Virus record (IMG/VR): IMGVR_UViG_3300039310_000050
Location: 1-64,000 of that record
Reading direction: 5' to 3' (one strand)
Length of the DNA stretch: 64,000 nt
Source: a virus
Of this stretch, positions 37,293-47,811 are shown piece after piece (positions within the stretch are counted from its first letter, which is position 1; every line of letters begins with the position of its first letter). The notes below the pieces were generated by a model. That model saw only the letters and a program-made list of their open reading frames with translations, was not told where the DNA came from and searched no databases. A program made the position numbers and the translations under genes.

Positions 37293-38396
37293 TCATTTTC
37301 TTTTCCATTCCATATCATAATTAAAATTTGCTTTGGAAAACGTATAACGATCTACCAATTTAATTGTATATCCCAATGACTTTACTACATACCCTTCATG
37401 GCCACATGGTGTTCCATCAGGTAAATAAATATTAACAGATATATTTAATTTATCTAATTCTCGAACCAATATTACTTTCAACCTCATTAAATCCAAATAA
37501 TAATTGAAAATATCACCACAATATACTAGTAATCCGGCCATATATTTGGTCATTTTTTCAAAAACAACATTTTTTCCTTTTTCTGTTTTTAAAGTTTCTT
37601 GATGTTTTGTATAATCCCTAATTACAAAAGACAGAAATTCATTACTATATGGAAGTTTATCATTTCGGATACAATCATTAATATACAATTGGAATAAATC
37701 ATTAGATCCTAAAGTAGCTAATGCAGTTTTAGAAATATCAATTGCTCTATGACGTAATGAAGAAATTGCAGTTTCAATTTTTCCCCAATCTCCGGGAGCT
37801 ATCATTTCTTCTTCTGGAAGTTCTGGTTCAAAACAATAAATTTGTTCTTGAAATGCATTTTCTGGAGCATTTGCTCCAAAATTAGCTTCCATATCTTTTA
37901 TTTTATTTCCAGTATATGTGGTATGAAATACACAACCAATTTGACAAGACCGTATATATTTCGAAATTATGAAATGATGAGGAATTTTATAATTTAAAGT
38001 ATTTGGTTGAAATGAAATTTCACCACCTGTGCGGTACTTTGTCCAAAGAACATCTCCTTGAATAATTTGTGGAATATCACAATACCATAATCTATCATAA
38101 AGTTCCATTAAAGTAATTTGAAGTCCTTTTGATTCATGGTTTTCTAAAATATCAGCATGACAATAATTTATTTTCCCTGAAAATACACTTTTTGTTCCTA
38201 CAAAAAATCTTTGATTTTCAGGATTTTTCCCACAAATAAAAGCCGGAGCACCATCCCATTTAACTGATATTCTGGTATTAGAAGTGTTTATACCACATAA
38301 AAAGTGATATACTTGTTCCAAAATATTCAATGGAATAAATGGATCAGCTTTTGTAAAACATAAATCTTCTACATGCTGCAAATGAATATTCTTCAT
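37293..38396 (-). CDS. conserved T4-like protein with a ligase-type KxDG motif
   Basis: KNIHLQHVED, SVKWDGAPA, FVGTKSVF, QGD, HEGYV, KLVDRYTFSKANF. Confidence 0.8.
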   Translation of the reverse strand: MKNIHLQHVEDLCFTKADPFIPLNILEQVYHFLCGINTSNTRISVKWDGAPAFICGKNPENQRFFVGTKSVFSGKINYCHADILENHESKGLQITLMELYDRLWYCDIPQIIQGDVLWTKYRTGGEISFQPNTLNYKIPHHFIISKYIRSCQIGCVFHTTYTGNKIKDMEANFGANAPENAFQEQIYCFEPELPEEEMIAPGDWGKIETAISSLRHRAIDISKTALATLGSNDLFQLYINDCIRNDKLPYSNEFLSFVIRDYTKHQETLKTEKGKNVVFEKMTKYMAGLLVYCGDIFNYYLDLMRLKVILVRELDKLNISVNIYLPDGTPCGHEGYVVKSLGYTIKLVDRYTFSKANFNYDMEWKRK

Positions 38397-38427
38397 ACTT
38401 ACATATTATCAGATTTTTTCATTAATG

Positions 38428-40506
38428 TCAAGTGGCTTTACGAATATTTTCTAATGTATAATTTGGAGAAACATATTGTTTTGCAGTTTGTGCTTCTTGA
38501 TTTTCTAAAAGAATATGGCGTTTAGCTATAGTTTTCTTTGTTACAGCCAATACACCTAATCCTTTTAATAGGTATTTTGGATTTTTATTTTCAAAATTTC
38601 TAATTTGAAAAAATGGATAATCTTCAAAAGGAACATCATTTAAATTTTGAATAATGGTTTTACATTCTAAAATTAATGTATTAAACCTATAATCCCAATC
38701 AAAATATCTTGTTTCCCAAGTTTGTTTAATAACCGCACCATGTTTATAAATATCATCACCAAAAATTACATCTTGAGCTTCTTGGGAAGAAGTTTGAATA
38801 TCTATTTCTGGATCCAAATTATATATACCATTCTTATTTTTTAATTTCACCAATTTTGGATAAGTATCTAATACATATTCAAATACATGTTGAGTAATTT
38901 CTCCCCAATATGTTTCTGGTGATTCCCATCCAGGCGCATCAGCTTGTTTGATTGAAATTGGAACTATACCTCGATACGTAACCAAATTCATATTACTTTT
39001 TAAACGTTCTTTAGTTTTTTTGGTACTTACATCAATAATATCAGTAATATTTTTAACAAAAAAATCTGTTCGTCCATTAACTTGGAATTCAATATTAATA
39101 TTTTTATATACTTCCAAATATTCATGAATTGCATTATAAAAATCTAATTCATTTTTTCTTCCTGCAGACATTGTAGGTAATTTAATTGTATCTTTAATTC
39201 TTGCAAAAATTTTAAAATCTCCTACTTCAATATACCGATATTCTGGTAAGTAAGGACCTTCATGTTCTAATTCTTTCATTTTAGGATTATAAATTCTTAA
39301 AGCATCAAAAATAGGTTTAACAAAATTAATAATTTCTTTTTTATTTTTAACCATAATATAAAATGCTTTAGGAATACCTATAAGAGGTTCATTTAAAACA
39401 TCTTTATATCCTAATTTAGTTATAATTTGTTTTATGGTAGCTGAAGATAATTTGGCAGTAGGTGAAACTGGGAGTCTAAGAGAAATAAGATGAGTTTTTT
39501 TATTAAATTCAAATTGGCTACCCAATACTTCTGTTTTTGGATCTAATATATAATTATATAAATCTAATATCCATTTTTCAAATGATTTATGAAAAATTTT
39601 CCCACAAAAAACTTCAGCCACAAATTCTGTAGAATTTACCGCAGCATATTCACTAACTTTATCTTCTATATCTCGTTTCAATTTAAGAGAAAATGAAGTC
39701 TCTTTTGAAAATGTTTTACTTTGTGTTTTTTCATGATAAATATGTCCTAATTCATGCCATATTAAAGCTTCTTTATCATTATCAATTACATAAGAATGGG
39801 TAATTGTAGGATTTAAAAATAATCCTGTATTAATTCCCATAAAATGATCAATATGATCATAATAAGCATATAATTCCATTGAATTATCAACTTTAATTTC
39901 AGGAGGTAATTTCAAATTTTTTTGTTTAGCTTTTTTAAAAACACCTAAAATTATATCCAGAATTTTAATAGAACAATCATTTTTTAAAAATTCTCCATTT
40001 CTTGGATGATCTGAAAAAGATATAACAACACCTAATTTTTTAAATTCAGCAATTAATCTATCAGGAGAATTATCTGGTAAATGATCTAAATCTAAAAGTT
40101 TCCCAGAAACATTTGTTTTACCAAATAAAATCATTGCAGCTATTCTATGATTTCCATCAATAATATATTTTTGATTATGATATTGGATTACATAAACGGC
40201 ATCTTCTCCACTTGTTGATGTTCGTAATTGTCCTTTTTGAATGATTCTTACCAATCGTTCAAAATTACTATAGGATAATACATCTTGTAAAGATAATAAG
40301 TTACTAAAATTGATTTGGGTAGGTTTCGCAAATTCGAATCCAATATCTTCGAATTCTTTAGTAGGAGTAGGAAAATTTCTTTGGAGGATTTCTGTTATAT
40401 CTTCAAGGATGGAACCAGCATTACTGGGTTGTTTAATAAAATTTTCAAACAACCCATTATAACTTTTAGTTTTTATTTCTGCGAGTTTAGTATCAATATC
40501 TAGCAT
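38428..40506 (-). CDS. multidomain protein: ParB-like domain, zincin metallopeptidase and nuclease-like C-terminus
   Basis: IIDGNHR; IWHELGH...VSEYA...EFVAE; PISIKQ. Confidence 0.65.
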   Translation of the reverse strand: MLDIDTKLAEIKTKSYNGLFENFIKQPSNAGSILEDITEILQRNFPTPTKEFEDIGFEFAKPTQINFSNLLSLQDVLSYSNFERLVRIIQKGQLRTSTSGEDAVYVIQYHNQKYIIDGNHRIAAMILFGKTNVSGKLLDLDHLPDNSPDRLIAEFKKLGVVISFSDHPRNGEFLKNDCSIKILDIILGVFKKAKQKNLKLPPEIKVDNSMELYAYYDHIDHFMGINTGLFLNPTITHSYVIDNDKEALIWHELGHIYHEKTQSKTFSKETSFSLKLKRDIEDKVSEYAAVNSTEFVAEVFCGKIFHKSFEKWILDLYNYILDPKTEVLGSQFEFNKKTHLISLRLPVSPTAKLSSATIKQIITKLGYKDVLNEPLIGIPKAFYIMVKNKKEIINFVKPIFDALRIYNPKMKELEHEGPYLPEYRYIEVGDFKIFARIKDTIKLPTMSAGRKNELDFYNAIHEYLEVYKNINIEFQVNGRTDFFVKNITDIIDVSTKKTKERLKSNMNLVTYRGIVPISIKQADAPGWESPETYWGEITQHVFEYVLDTYPKLVKLKNKNGIYNLDPEIDIQTSSQEAQDVIFGDDIYKHGAVIKQTWETRYFDWDYRFNTLILECKTIIQNLNDVPFEDYPFFQIRNFENKNPKYLLKGLGVLAVTKKTIAKRHILLENQEAQTAKQYVSPNYTLENIRKAT

Positions 40507-40516
40507 TCTTTAATAT

Positions 40517-41971
40517 TTAGACTTTAAAATCGGAGAATGTTTTCTTTCCACGCAACCCAAATTTCCTGGTTTGTAGATTTTTATAACCAGGTTCATATGG
40601 TTGGCTTCCATGTCTCTTGGATACATCACGCTTCATTTGTTGTTCATCTTGTTCAGGGGGATCATCTTCTCTTGTTTGGCCACGTTGTTCTACATCATAC
40701 CAACGGAATTTCTTACGATCTAATCCAATAAAAAATCTTTTGTTTTCACTTGCATCTTTATATCTATTCTTGTGCTGAATAATCTTCATTTGTCCTAATT
40801 CACGCAATTTATCGGTACAAATTAAAAACCATGCAAGATCAACAGTTGCTAATAAACCAACTTTACTACCAGCTACTTGAGTAATTGTAGGATCTGTAGA
40901 TTCAATTCCAGCGGCATCAAGTTGCGTTGCGCTCCAAATAGGAACATTATATTCTTGGGCTAATGCCCTTACTTCTTCAGCAATTGCCAAAATTGTAATG
41001 TGTGTTTTATCGCTTGCTTTAATACGGCAAGATGCCATCAAGTTCATTGAATCAATGATAATAACATCTGGAATAAATTGTTTTTTTAATTTCAATTCTC
41101 CTAATAATGCTCGAATATTATTTACATGGATTGAACCTGCTGGATATTCTTTAGTTTCTAATTTACCTGGAGTACTTTCACGTGCCTTTTGTATCTTCTT
41201 TAAGAAAATTTCCTTCGGAAGATCTTCAATAGTATCAATTGAAGTATCCAATAAATTACAATCAATTCTCAAATTGATATTTACTTCTGAAACTTCTAAA
41301 GTAATATAAAGAACATTCTTTCCCGCGCACATATAGGATTTTGCAAGATGACAAAGACCTAATGTTTTACCAACATAAATTCCACCAACCAAAAGATTGA
41401 GAGTTTTGGAAGGTACTCCACCTTTTGTTACCTTATTACAATATGAAACATCAAAAGGTAATTTATATTCATCCGCATGTAATGTATCATATCGGAATTC
41501 TGCATCATTAAAATAATCATGACCAATGGAAGGATCAAATGAAACTGCTAAAGCGTTTTCAAAAATATGTGGAATCGCACCTGAATCTAGTTTTTTATCT
41601 TTCCCTTCCAAAATCGCAACAGATCTATAAGCAGCGCAAACAAGTGCCTTATCTTTACAGAATTTCTCGGTCTCATCTATTAACCAATCTAATTCAAATT
41701 TTTCACTATCATCTTCCAATTCTGTTAAAGTTTCCAATACTTCTTTATATGTTTCTTCAACTACATTTTCCTTTTCAATCGATACAGCAATAACTGAAAT
41801 TGTTGGAAGTTTATTGTATTCGGCAATATAATTTACGGTATGAGTAAAAATTAATTTCTCGTGAGTCTGTTTAAAATATTCCTCTTTTAAATAAGGAATA
41901 ATTTTACGAGTATATTCCTCATTATGAAATAGTTGGCGGAGGATAATTGTTTCTATTCTAGTGTCTGACAT
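40517..41971 (-). CDS. gp41: replicative helicase gp41
   Basis: ETEKFCKDKA, SFDPSIGHDY, TKGGVP.KTLN, GKNVLYITLE, KEYP, AEEVRALA, KNRY. Confidence 0.93.
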   Translation of the reverse strand: MSDTRIETIILRQLFHNEEYTRKIIPYLKEEYFKQTHEKLIFTHTVNYIAEYNKLPTISVIAVSIEKENVVEETYKEVLETLTELEDDSEKFELDWLIDETEKFCKDKALVCAAYRSVAILEGKDKKLDSGAIPHIFENALAVSFDPSIGHDYFNDAEFRYDTLHADEYKLPFDVSYCNKVTKGGVPSKTLNLLVGGIYVGKTLGLCHLAKSYMCAGKNVLYITLEVSEVNINLRIDCNLLDTSIDTIEDLPKEIFLKKIQKARESTPGKLETKEYPAGSIHVNNIRALLGELKLKKQFIPDVIIIDSMNLMASCRIKASDKTHITILAIAEEVRALAQEYNVPIWSATQLDAAGIESTDPTITQVAGSKVGLLATVDLAWFLICTDKLRELGQMKIIQHKNRYKDASENKRFFIGLDRKKFRWYDVEQRGQTREDDPPEQDEQQMKRDVSKRHGSQPYEPGYKNLQTRKFGLRGKKTFSDFKV

Positions 41972-42280
41972 TGTTCTCCTGAGGAGTTAATTTCCAACCT
42001 TCTTCTTGTTCGCAAACCAATTCAAGTGCTATAGCTGCTACTATCCGAGAAAGTGCTTTCGATTTTTCACATTCTCTAGGATTATGCCCTGCATAATGTA
42101 GAATTCTATAATCATAACAAAACTGTGGTTGTCCTGGTCTATAATCCATTTCTTTTACAGGTATAATTTTAATTTTCTCTGCGACCTGGATTTTAAGTCC
42201 TTTATAAGGCCCCATATTTAATGTTACGAGATAAGGATTTGATTCATTATTGGTATAATATCCTTCTGGTAATATTCTTT

Positions 42281-42868
42281 TCATTTACTACACCTCGCAA
42301 GTCTTGCACGCCAATTAATACGGCATTTCTCCATATCGTGGCGGTTTTCTTGGATTATTTTATCTTTTTGGTGTTCTGATATTGATGGAGCCAACGGGCC
42401 GAATAATTTATAGGACTTCTCAATAGGAAACTTTTTGAGATATAAACCATCGTCAGCATCTACAATATATTTTTTAGCAGCATCTTTATTTACCAGAATA
42501 CCACACTGTTCCTCAAGTACCATAATAAATTGGGAATAGTCTTCAGGCAAAACATTGTAATGATTATTCCCACGGAACTTCATTAACTGGATTCCCTTAA
42601 TACATTCTCTCCAACCAGTCTTACCATATAAAGCATGAGAACTGTATTTCACTTCAACATATAAATCAAATTTAGGAACATAAAGATCTCGTCCTTGTTC
42701 ATCTTTAAACTGGATCTTTCCGTTACTAAAATCAGCAATACTATGTTCTAATTCATCTGCTTTCAGGAAATGACCTTTATTGGTATTATAGATCAATGGA
42801 TCTAATGTATAATTGTTATTCACATACATCTGCCAATTTACACCCTTCTCAATATAATTTTCCACCAT
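42281..42868 (-). CDS. PD-(D/E)XK nuclease-like protein
   Basis: GRD...YVEVK motif. Confidence 0.5.
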   Translation of the reverse strand: MVENYIEKGVNWQMYVNNNYTLDPLIYNTNKGHFLKADELEHSIADFSNGKIQFKDEQGRDLYVPKFDLYVEVKYSSHALYGKTGWRECIKGIQLMKFRGNNHYNVLPEDYSQFIMVLEEQCGILVNKDAAKKYIVDADDGLYLKKFPIEKSYKLFGPLAPSISEHQKDKIIQENRHDMEKCRINWRARLARCSK

Positions 42869-42915
42869 GTCATATCATAGGTCACATTAGACATTATATA
42901 GGCACCTTTCACAAT

Positions 42916-43224
42916 TTATTCAGCATTTAAATGAAAATCAATTACAATCATAGCAATTCTATTTCCTTTACCTGAAACATCTTTTTCAAGTAAAGCATGA
43001 ACCGGATAAAATCCATCACCATATCCTGTAGAAACACAAACTCCTAATCCTTCATGGCCCGCTTCATAGTTGAAACTTTTCATATATGGGCCTTTTTCAT
43101 TACTAACATCCAATTCTGGTAATCCATCACCAATATAACATGGATCACCTATCCAACACATTCCTGAATCTACACCAATATGGCCCACTAACTTCCAATT
43201 TTCTTTTACTGGTTTCTTTTTCAT
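42916..43224 (-). CDS. hypothetical protein (VDSG...GYGDG.YPV family)
   Basis: IGVDSGMCWIGDPCY and STGYGDGFYPV. Confidence 0.7.
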   Translation of the reverse strand: MKKKPVKENWKLVGHIGVDSGMCWIGDPCYIGDGLPELDVSNEKGPYMKSFNYEAGHEGLGVCVSTGYGDGFYPVHALLEKDVSGKGNRIAMIVIDFHLNAE

Positions 43225-43551
43225 ATTTACTCCGTTGTATGTAATTCGTTTTGAATTTGTTTCACCATAAATCCTAATTTATCTTTATCCAAACCCAATT
43301 CTTTTATAGAAACACCTCCCATTAAAGATTTTACAAAATTTTGTTGTGGAGAAGTTAATTTCTTCATCATATCTTCTCTGCGCATATTTTGTTCCACTTG
43401 TTCAAATGGCTCATAATAGAAATCTACACCAGCACCATTAAATGGTTTTAGTTTAGATACTCCGCATTCATGGAAGGCTTTCTCAAGTTTAAACTTCTTC
43501 AATTCTTTTCTCATAACACCATTATAACACAAAGGGCGCGTGGATAGCAAC

Positions 43552-44298
43552 CTACTTGAAGAATTTGTCTATATCTATAGGTTTATCCTTAATGGCTTGT
43601 TTTATGCGTTTATCGGCACCAATATAAATTTTCTTATCCTTCTCTATACCTGTAAATTTTCTATTGGTATTCACACACGCGACGCCAGTAGTACCAGATC
43701 CCATACAACAATCTAATACCATATCACCAGGATTTGAATATGTGTTAATTAAATATTCCATTAAGGCCACGGGTTTTTGAGTTGGGTGTAATCCACGATC
43801 TTGTGAAAATTCTAAAACTGATATGGGATATCTGGTTCCTTCATTATCAATAGGAGTTTCTTTAGTTTGTTTTATTGATCCCGCTTCCCCACCAGAACGC
43901 TTACTATTCCATTTATATGGTTTTCCTTCTCTCATTTGAGGATTATATGTCGGTTGTTTATCATAAAATACCACAACATCTTCGTGGCACTTCATTGGCA
44001 TATATTTGGCTTGATATGGACTTGTACCATTAGGTTTTTGCCAAACTAAACAATATTTAAACCATTTCAAATTACTATTGATAAGCGTAGTTGTAAAAGG
44101 TTGTTGTGCTGTAAAAACATATGCCGCATTTGACTTGGCTACTAATTTCAATTCTTTCCACAATTTATCCAAAGGTAAAATAGAATCCCAAGGACATGCA
44201 GTTGTACCATATGGAAGATCAATCAAAACCAAATCCACAGAATGTTTTTCTATTTTGGTAAAACTTTTAAAACAATCTTCGTTATATAATGTGCCCAT
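43552..44298 (-). CDS. N6/N4 DNA methyltransferase (beta class)
   Basis: DLPYG motif IV, HPTQKP, VLDCCMGSGTT motif I. Confidence 0.93.
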   Translation of the reverse strand: MGTLYNEDCFKSFTKIEKHSVDLVLIDLPYGTTACPWDSILPLDKLWKELKLVAKSNAAYVFTAQQPFTTTLINSNLKWFKYCLVWQKPNGTSPYQAKYMPMKCHEDVVVFYDKQPTYNPQMREGKPYKWNSKRSGGEAGSIKQTKETPIDNEGTRYPISVLEFSQDRGLHPTQKPVALMEYLINTYSNPGDMVLDCCMGSGTTGVACVNTNRKFTGIEKDKKIYIGADKRIKQAIKDKPIDIDKFFK

Positions 44299-44818
44299 AC
44301 AAATATTTATGCAAATCTTTTTTAATAACCTCATTGTTCAACTCTCCATAACAAAATTCAATTCCCTTTTTATGTGTCACTGTCGCTCGAAAATAAGGTA
44401 CTAATAAACCTCCAAATTTTGGAATAAATTCATTAACAAGTTTTTTAGATTTCTTTATATATTCCAACCAAATAATATAATCATCAATTTTACTAATATG
44501 TTCTCCCAAAAAAGCAACAGAAAAATCTGGAGTTATATAAGTATATAATGCGTCATCTTCTTTTTTTACAAAATGACCGTTATACATTGGTTTTACATGG
44601 ATCCCATGTTTTTTATTTGATTTTTCTTCTATCCGAAAACAGCATTTTCCTTCTTTAAAAATATTTTCAACAGGATCAAAATCTGGAAAATTTTGACTAC
44701 CTTTTGGTTGTTCTATAAAGTCAGCATCACATTTTATTAAATATTTCTTTGTTGCTACTCCAGGATGTTTATCATATTTTAAATCAAATAATCCATTAAC
44801 AAAATCATCTATAGTCAT
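44282..44818 (-). CDS. putative type II restriction-like endonuclease
   Basis: QPKGSQNFPDF...IEEKS...PMYN; overlaps the MTase start. Confidence 0.55.
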   Translation of the reverse strand: MTIDDFVNGLFDLKYDKHPGVATKKYLIKCDADFIEQPKGSQNFPDFDPVENIFKEGKCCFRIEEKSNKKHGIHVKPMYNGHFVKKEDDALYTYITPDFSVAFLGEHISKIDDYIIWLEYIKKSKKLVNEFIPKFGGLLVPYFRATVTHKKGIEFCYGELNNEVIKKDLHKYLYGHII

Positions 44819-44893
44819 AAAATATTTTTCGTCACATCAATCCATTATATACTTAAACCACCTTTCATTTCAATTCAAAAAGTCAAACAATTC

Positions 44894-46138
44894 TTAATCT
44901 TCCTCAACCTCACTCGCTACTTCCTCCGGCATTTCAACCGTCATACCATAATTGAATTCTTTACCGGCAAATACATCAAGCGCCTTCAGCACTTCATCGG
45001 TAAAATATACCTCTGGGTTTGCTTCGATCTGTTTTTCAGTTGCTACCTTATCACCAATTCTAATTTTACCACCCTTCTTTGCTTTCTCTTTACCTTCTTT
45101 CAGTTTCGCAAATCCTTCTGTTGCTGTTTTCTCTTTCTTCTCTTTTACTCTCTTGAATAGTTCATACTTCAATCCAAGTTCCAGTAATCCATAATACTTA
45201 TCTAATCCGCCCGCATAATCCAGAGATACATCAATCAATGTATTCTCTTTCGTCAAGCGGCCCTTTTCTAACTTACAGTGTAAAATAACTCCAACTACTT
45301 CAGTTCCTTCTTTATCTTTACTCTTACTCAAGAATACTGAAAGCGAATTGGCATATTGTGGCCCACTGCCACCCGATTGGACTGTGTGAGAAAATAGATC
45401 TTGAGTCTTATATACATGATTCGTAATAAAGAATGGAATATTTAATAAACCCATTTTCAATGTAATAGTTCTGAATGCTGATTTAATCAACCGGGTTCTG
45501 GTCATATCTTGTTTCTCACTACCCGATTCAGCATCTTCCATTTCTTTCTGTGTAGAAAGATTTCCCAAAGAGTCGCATACAAACATCAATTCTTGCCGCT
45601 CTGAAGGTTTTGTTTCTTTCACTACGCGCAACATCTTAAGTGATTGAGTCCGGAATTCTTGAACCGTTTCGATAGGAATCACATATACACGAGATACATC
45701 AATTCCTCTTGACACCATCATATCTTTTGTAATCGCACCTTCAGTTTCAAAGAACATGATCCCCGATCCCGGGTGCGTATCCAAGAAATGTTTAACCAAT
45801 GCTAAAATGAAATAGGTCTTACCTGTAGCAGATGGTCCTGCGAAAACAACAATCTTGTTGTTAGGTGCTCCACCAAATAATGAACCACTCCATTGAGCGT
45901 TCAATAGATATACACCCGTATCAATCCAACCCGTTACATCGCCTGATATAATTCCATTTGAAGCCGCTTGAGCAAGGTCATTTCCTGTTGCTTTGGCTAT
46001 CTTTTCAAAAAAGGCGATATTGGCCGTTTGCTTTACTTTCTTTTCCCGTACCTTCTTTTCTCTTACAGGTTTAGGTGCTCTTGGTTTCTTTACCCGTTGA
46101 ATTTTGTTTGCTGCTTTAATTTTCTTTGGACGCGCCAT
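44894..46138 (-). CDS. uvsX: RecA-like recombinase UvsX
   Basis: WIDTG, GPSATGKT, FETEGA, DSLGNL, KQDMTR, TNHVY, SGGSG. Confidence 0.93.
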   Translation of the reverse strand: MARPKKIKAANKIQRVKKPRAPKPVREKKVREKKVKQTANIAFFEKIAKATGNDLAQAASNGIISGDVTGWIDTGVYLLNAQWSGSLFGGAPNNKIVVFAGPSATGKTYFILALVKHFLDTHPGSGIMFFETEGAITKDMMVSRGIDVSRVYVIPIETVQEFRTQSLKMLRVVKETKPSERQELMFVCDSLGNLSTQKEMEDAESGSEKQDMTRTRLIKSAFRTITLKMGLLNIPFFITNHVYKTQDLFSHTVQSGGSGPQYANSLSVFLSKSKDKEGTEVVGVILHCKLEKGRLTKENTLIDVSLDYAGGLDKYYGLLELGLKYELFKRVKEKKEKTATEGFAKLKEGKEKAKKGGKIRIGDKVATEKQIEANPEVYFTDEVLKALDVFAGKEFNYGMTVEMPEEVASEVEED

Positions 46139-46817
46139 TCATTCTCTCCATTTGTAAGAAATCTTCATCAGTGGCTATTGATAGTTTCACACCATTTAAT
46201 TCTAAAAACCGTTTAATATACATCGCTTTGGCAGTTACAGGAGGCCAACAAAAAAATCTTGGAATCATAGGTTTATCTAATCCCTCTTGTGACAATCTTT
46301 CCGTTACCCAATCTGGAATAGGTTTAAATAGATAATATCCTTCAGCCATCAAGGCCATATCATCTGCCCATTTAACATCTTGTACCATTGGATATGGTAA
46401 CCCAAATTTCTCATTGATTACTCGTTCTAATTTAGCTTCGACTTCACGATAACCTTCAAGTGCTTTACTATATTTAACAGGTCGGGCAATATCACTTAAA
46501 TATGCTTCTGAAGCATCATGGAGCAATCCAGCTAAAGCATTTTCTGGTTGAACTAATTCGCTTACTATTACACAATGTTGTGCCACGGAATAAAATTGAT
46601 TCACATGACCAGTATATCGGCAGTTATTTCCCAATGCATGGGCAATATCTTGAATATCAATTTCATTAGGATCTGGATTAATTGGGAAAATTTTATGTCC
46701 TCTATAAGTACCTATCCAAGATCCTTTTTCATAATTACCTTGGCGATTACTTGCTTTACTATCCGACACTTCACGATCATAAATTTCTTGACCAGTTAAT
46801 TCTTTAATTTGTTCCAT
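46116..46817 (-). CDS. HD-domain nucleotide phosphohydrolase
   Basis: DIAHALG...RYTGH...YSVAQH, LLHDASEAY.SDI..PVK, VKWAD. Confidence 0.88.
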   Translation of the reverse strand: MEQIKELTGQEIYDREVSDSKASNRQGNYEKGSWIGTYRGHKIFPINPDPNEIDIQDIAHALGNNCRYTGHVNQFYSVAQHCVIVSELVQPENALAGLLHDASEAYLSDIARPVKYSKALEGYREVEAKLERVINEKFGLPYPMVQDVKWADDMALMAEGYYLFKPIPDWVTERLSQEGLDKPMIPRFFCWPPVTAKAMYIKRFLELNGVKLSIATDEDFLQMERMNGASKEN

Positions 46818-47348
46818 TTACTTCCTACGATTCTTATTTTGTTCACTTCTTGTAGACCATTTAACATTTCCTGGTTTATAATTACCATCATTATCTATAC
46901 GATCAATTGAATATTCAGGTCCAGGTCTTTTACCAACATCTTTAATAAAATTTTCAAAAGATTTTCTCCATCTACTACAAACAGAAATACCTCTTCCACC
47001 ATAATTTTTATAACCTTTGGCATTTGGTTCATAGCATCTTTTCAACATATTAATATATGAACCATATGTTATATTATTTCTTTGTGTTGGTATTTCTCTA
47101 TGGTTATATCTTGAAAAATATCCATGTTTTAAATGTGCTTTTCTATAATTTTCAATATTTTTACATCCACAAGAAATAGTTTTTCTCTTTCTTCTAAACA
47201 AAACCAGTGGTAAAATTATTTCTTTCTGACAACCATTACAAAAACATTTCCACCAAGAACAAACTTTATCATTATATGGTTTATAATAACAAAATTCTTT
47301 AACAATTAAATATCCAAATTTTCTGCAGGAATATTCAACATACGCCAT
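46818..47348 (-). mobile_element. HNH homing endonuclease
   Basis: SCGC, YGGRGISVC.RW, SIDRIDNDGNY.PGNVKW. Confidence 0.9.
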
Positions 47349-47811
47349 TTTTTAATTTTTCCTTCAATAACTCATGCAAATATCCTTGTGCATTAAATAT
47401 AATAGCACATAATGCAGTTTCTTTATTTACTGGTTTACCAGTTTTTTTATCAATTGTAGGATATCCTCTATGTAATTTCCATAAATCCCAAACATGTCGT
47501 AACAAAGATTTAATATATGAATTAAAAGTTATACCTAACTGCCAATTATCTCCAGGTCTTTTGGATCCATCCGCTTGTACACTACAACTTAACATATATT
47601 CTCCAAATGCTTCTAATACAATTGGAGATAAACAAGCTTCATAATCAATCTTTGATATATCTAAATCTCTGGTTGCTCCAGTTTCAAATTCTCTAACCAA
47701 TGAAAGTCCTCTAGTCATAGTACCCATTACTGTATGAGATTTATTATCACCTTCTAATGTTTTATATTTCGGATATTCATTATTTTCTTCTATCATTTCT
47801 TCTGTATTCAT
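47335..47811 (-). CDS. dATP/dGTP diphosphohydrolase-domain (DUF5664-like) protein
   Basis: FETGATRD, NWQLGI, SLLRH, AIIFN. Confidence 0.7.
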   Translation of the reverse strand: MNTEEMIEENNEYPKYKTLEGDNKSHTVMGTMTRGLSLVREFETGATRDLDISKIDYEACLSPIVLEAFGEYMLSCSVQADGSKRPGDNWQLGITFNSYIKSLLRHVWDLWKLHRGYPTIDKKTGKPVNKETALCAIIFNAQGYLHELLKEKLKNGVC

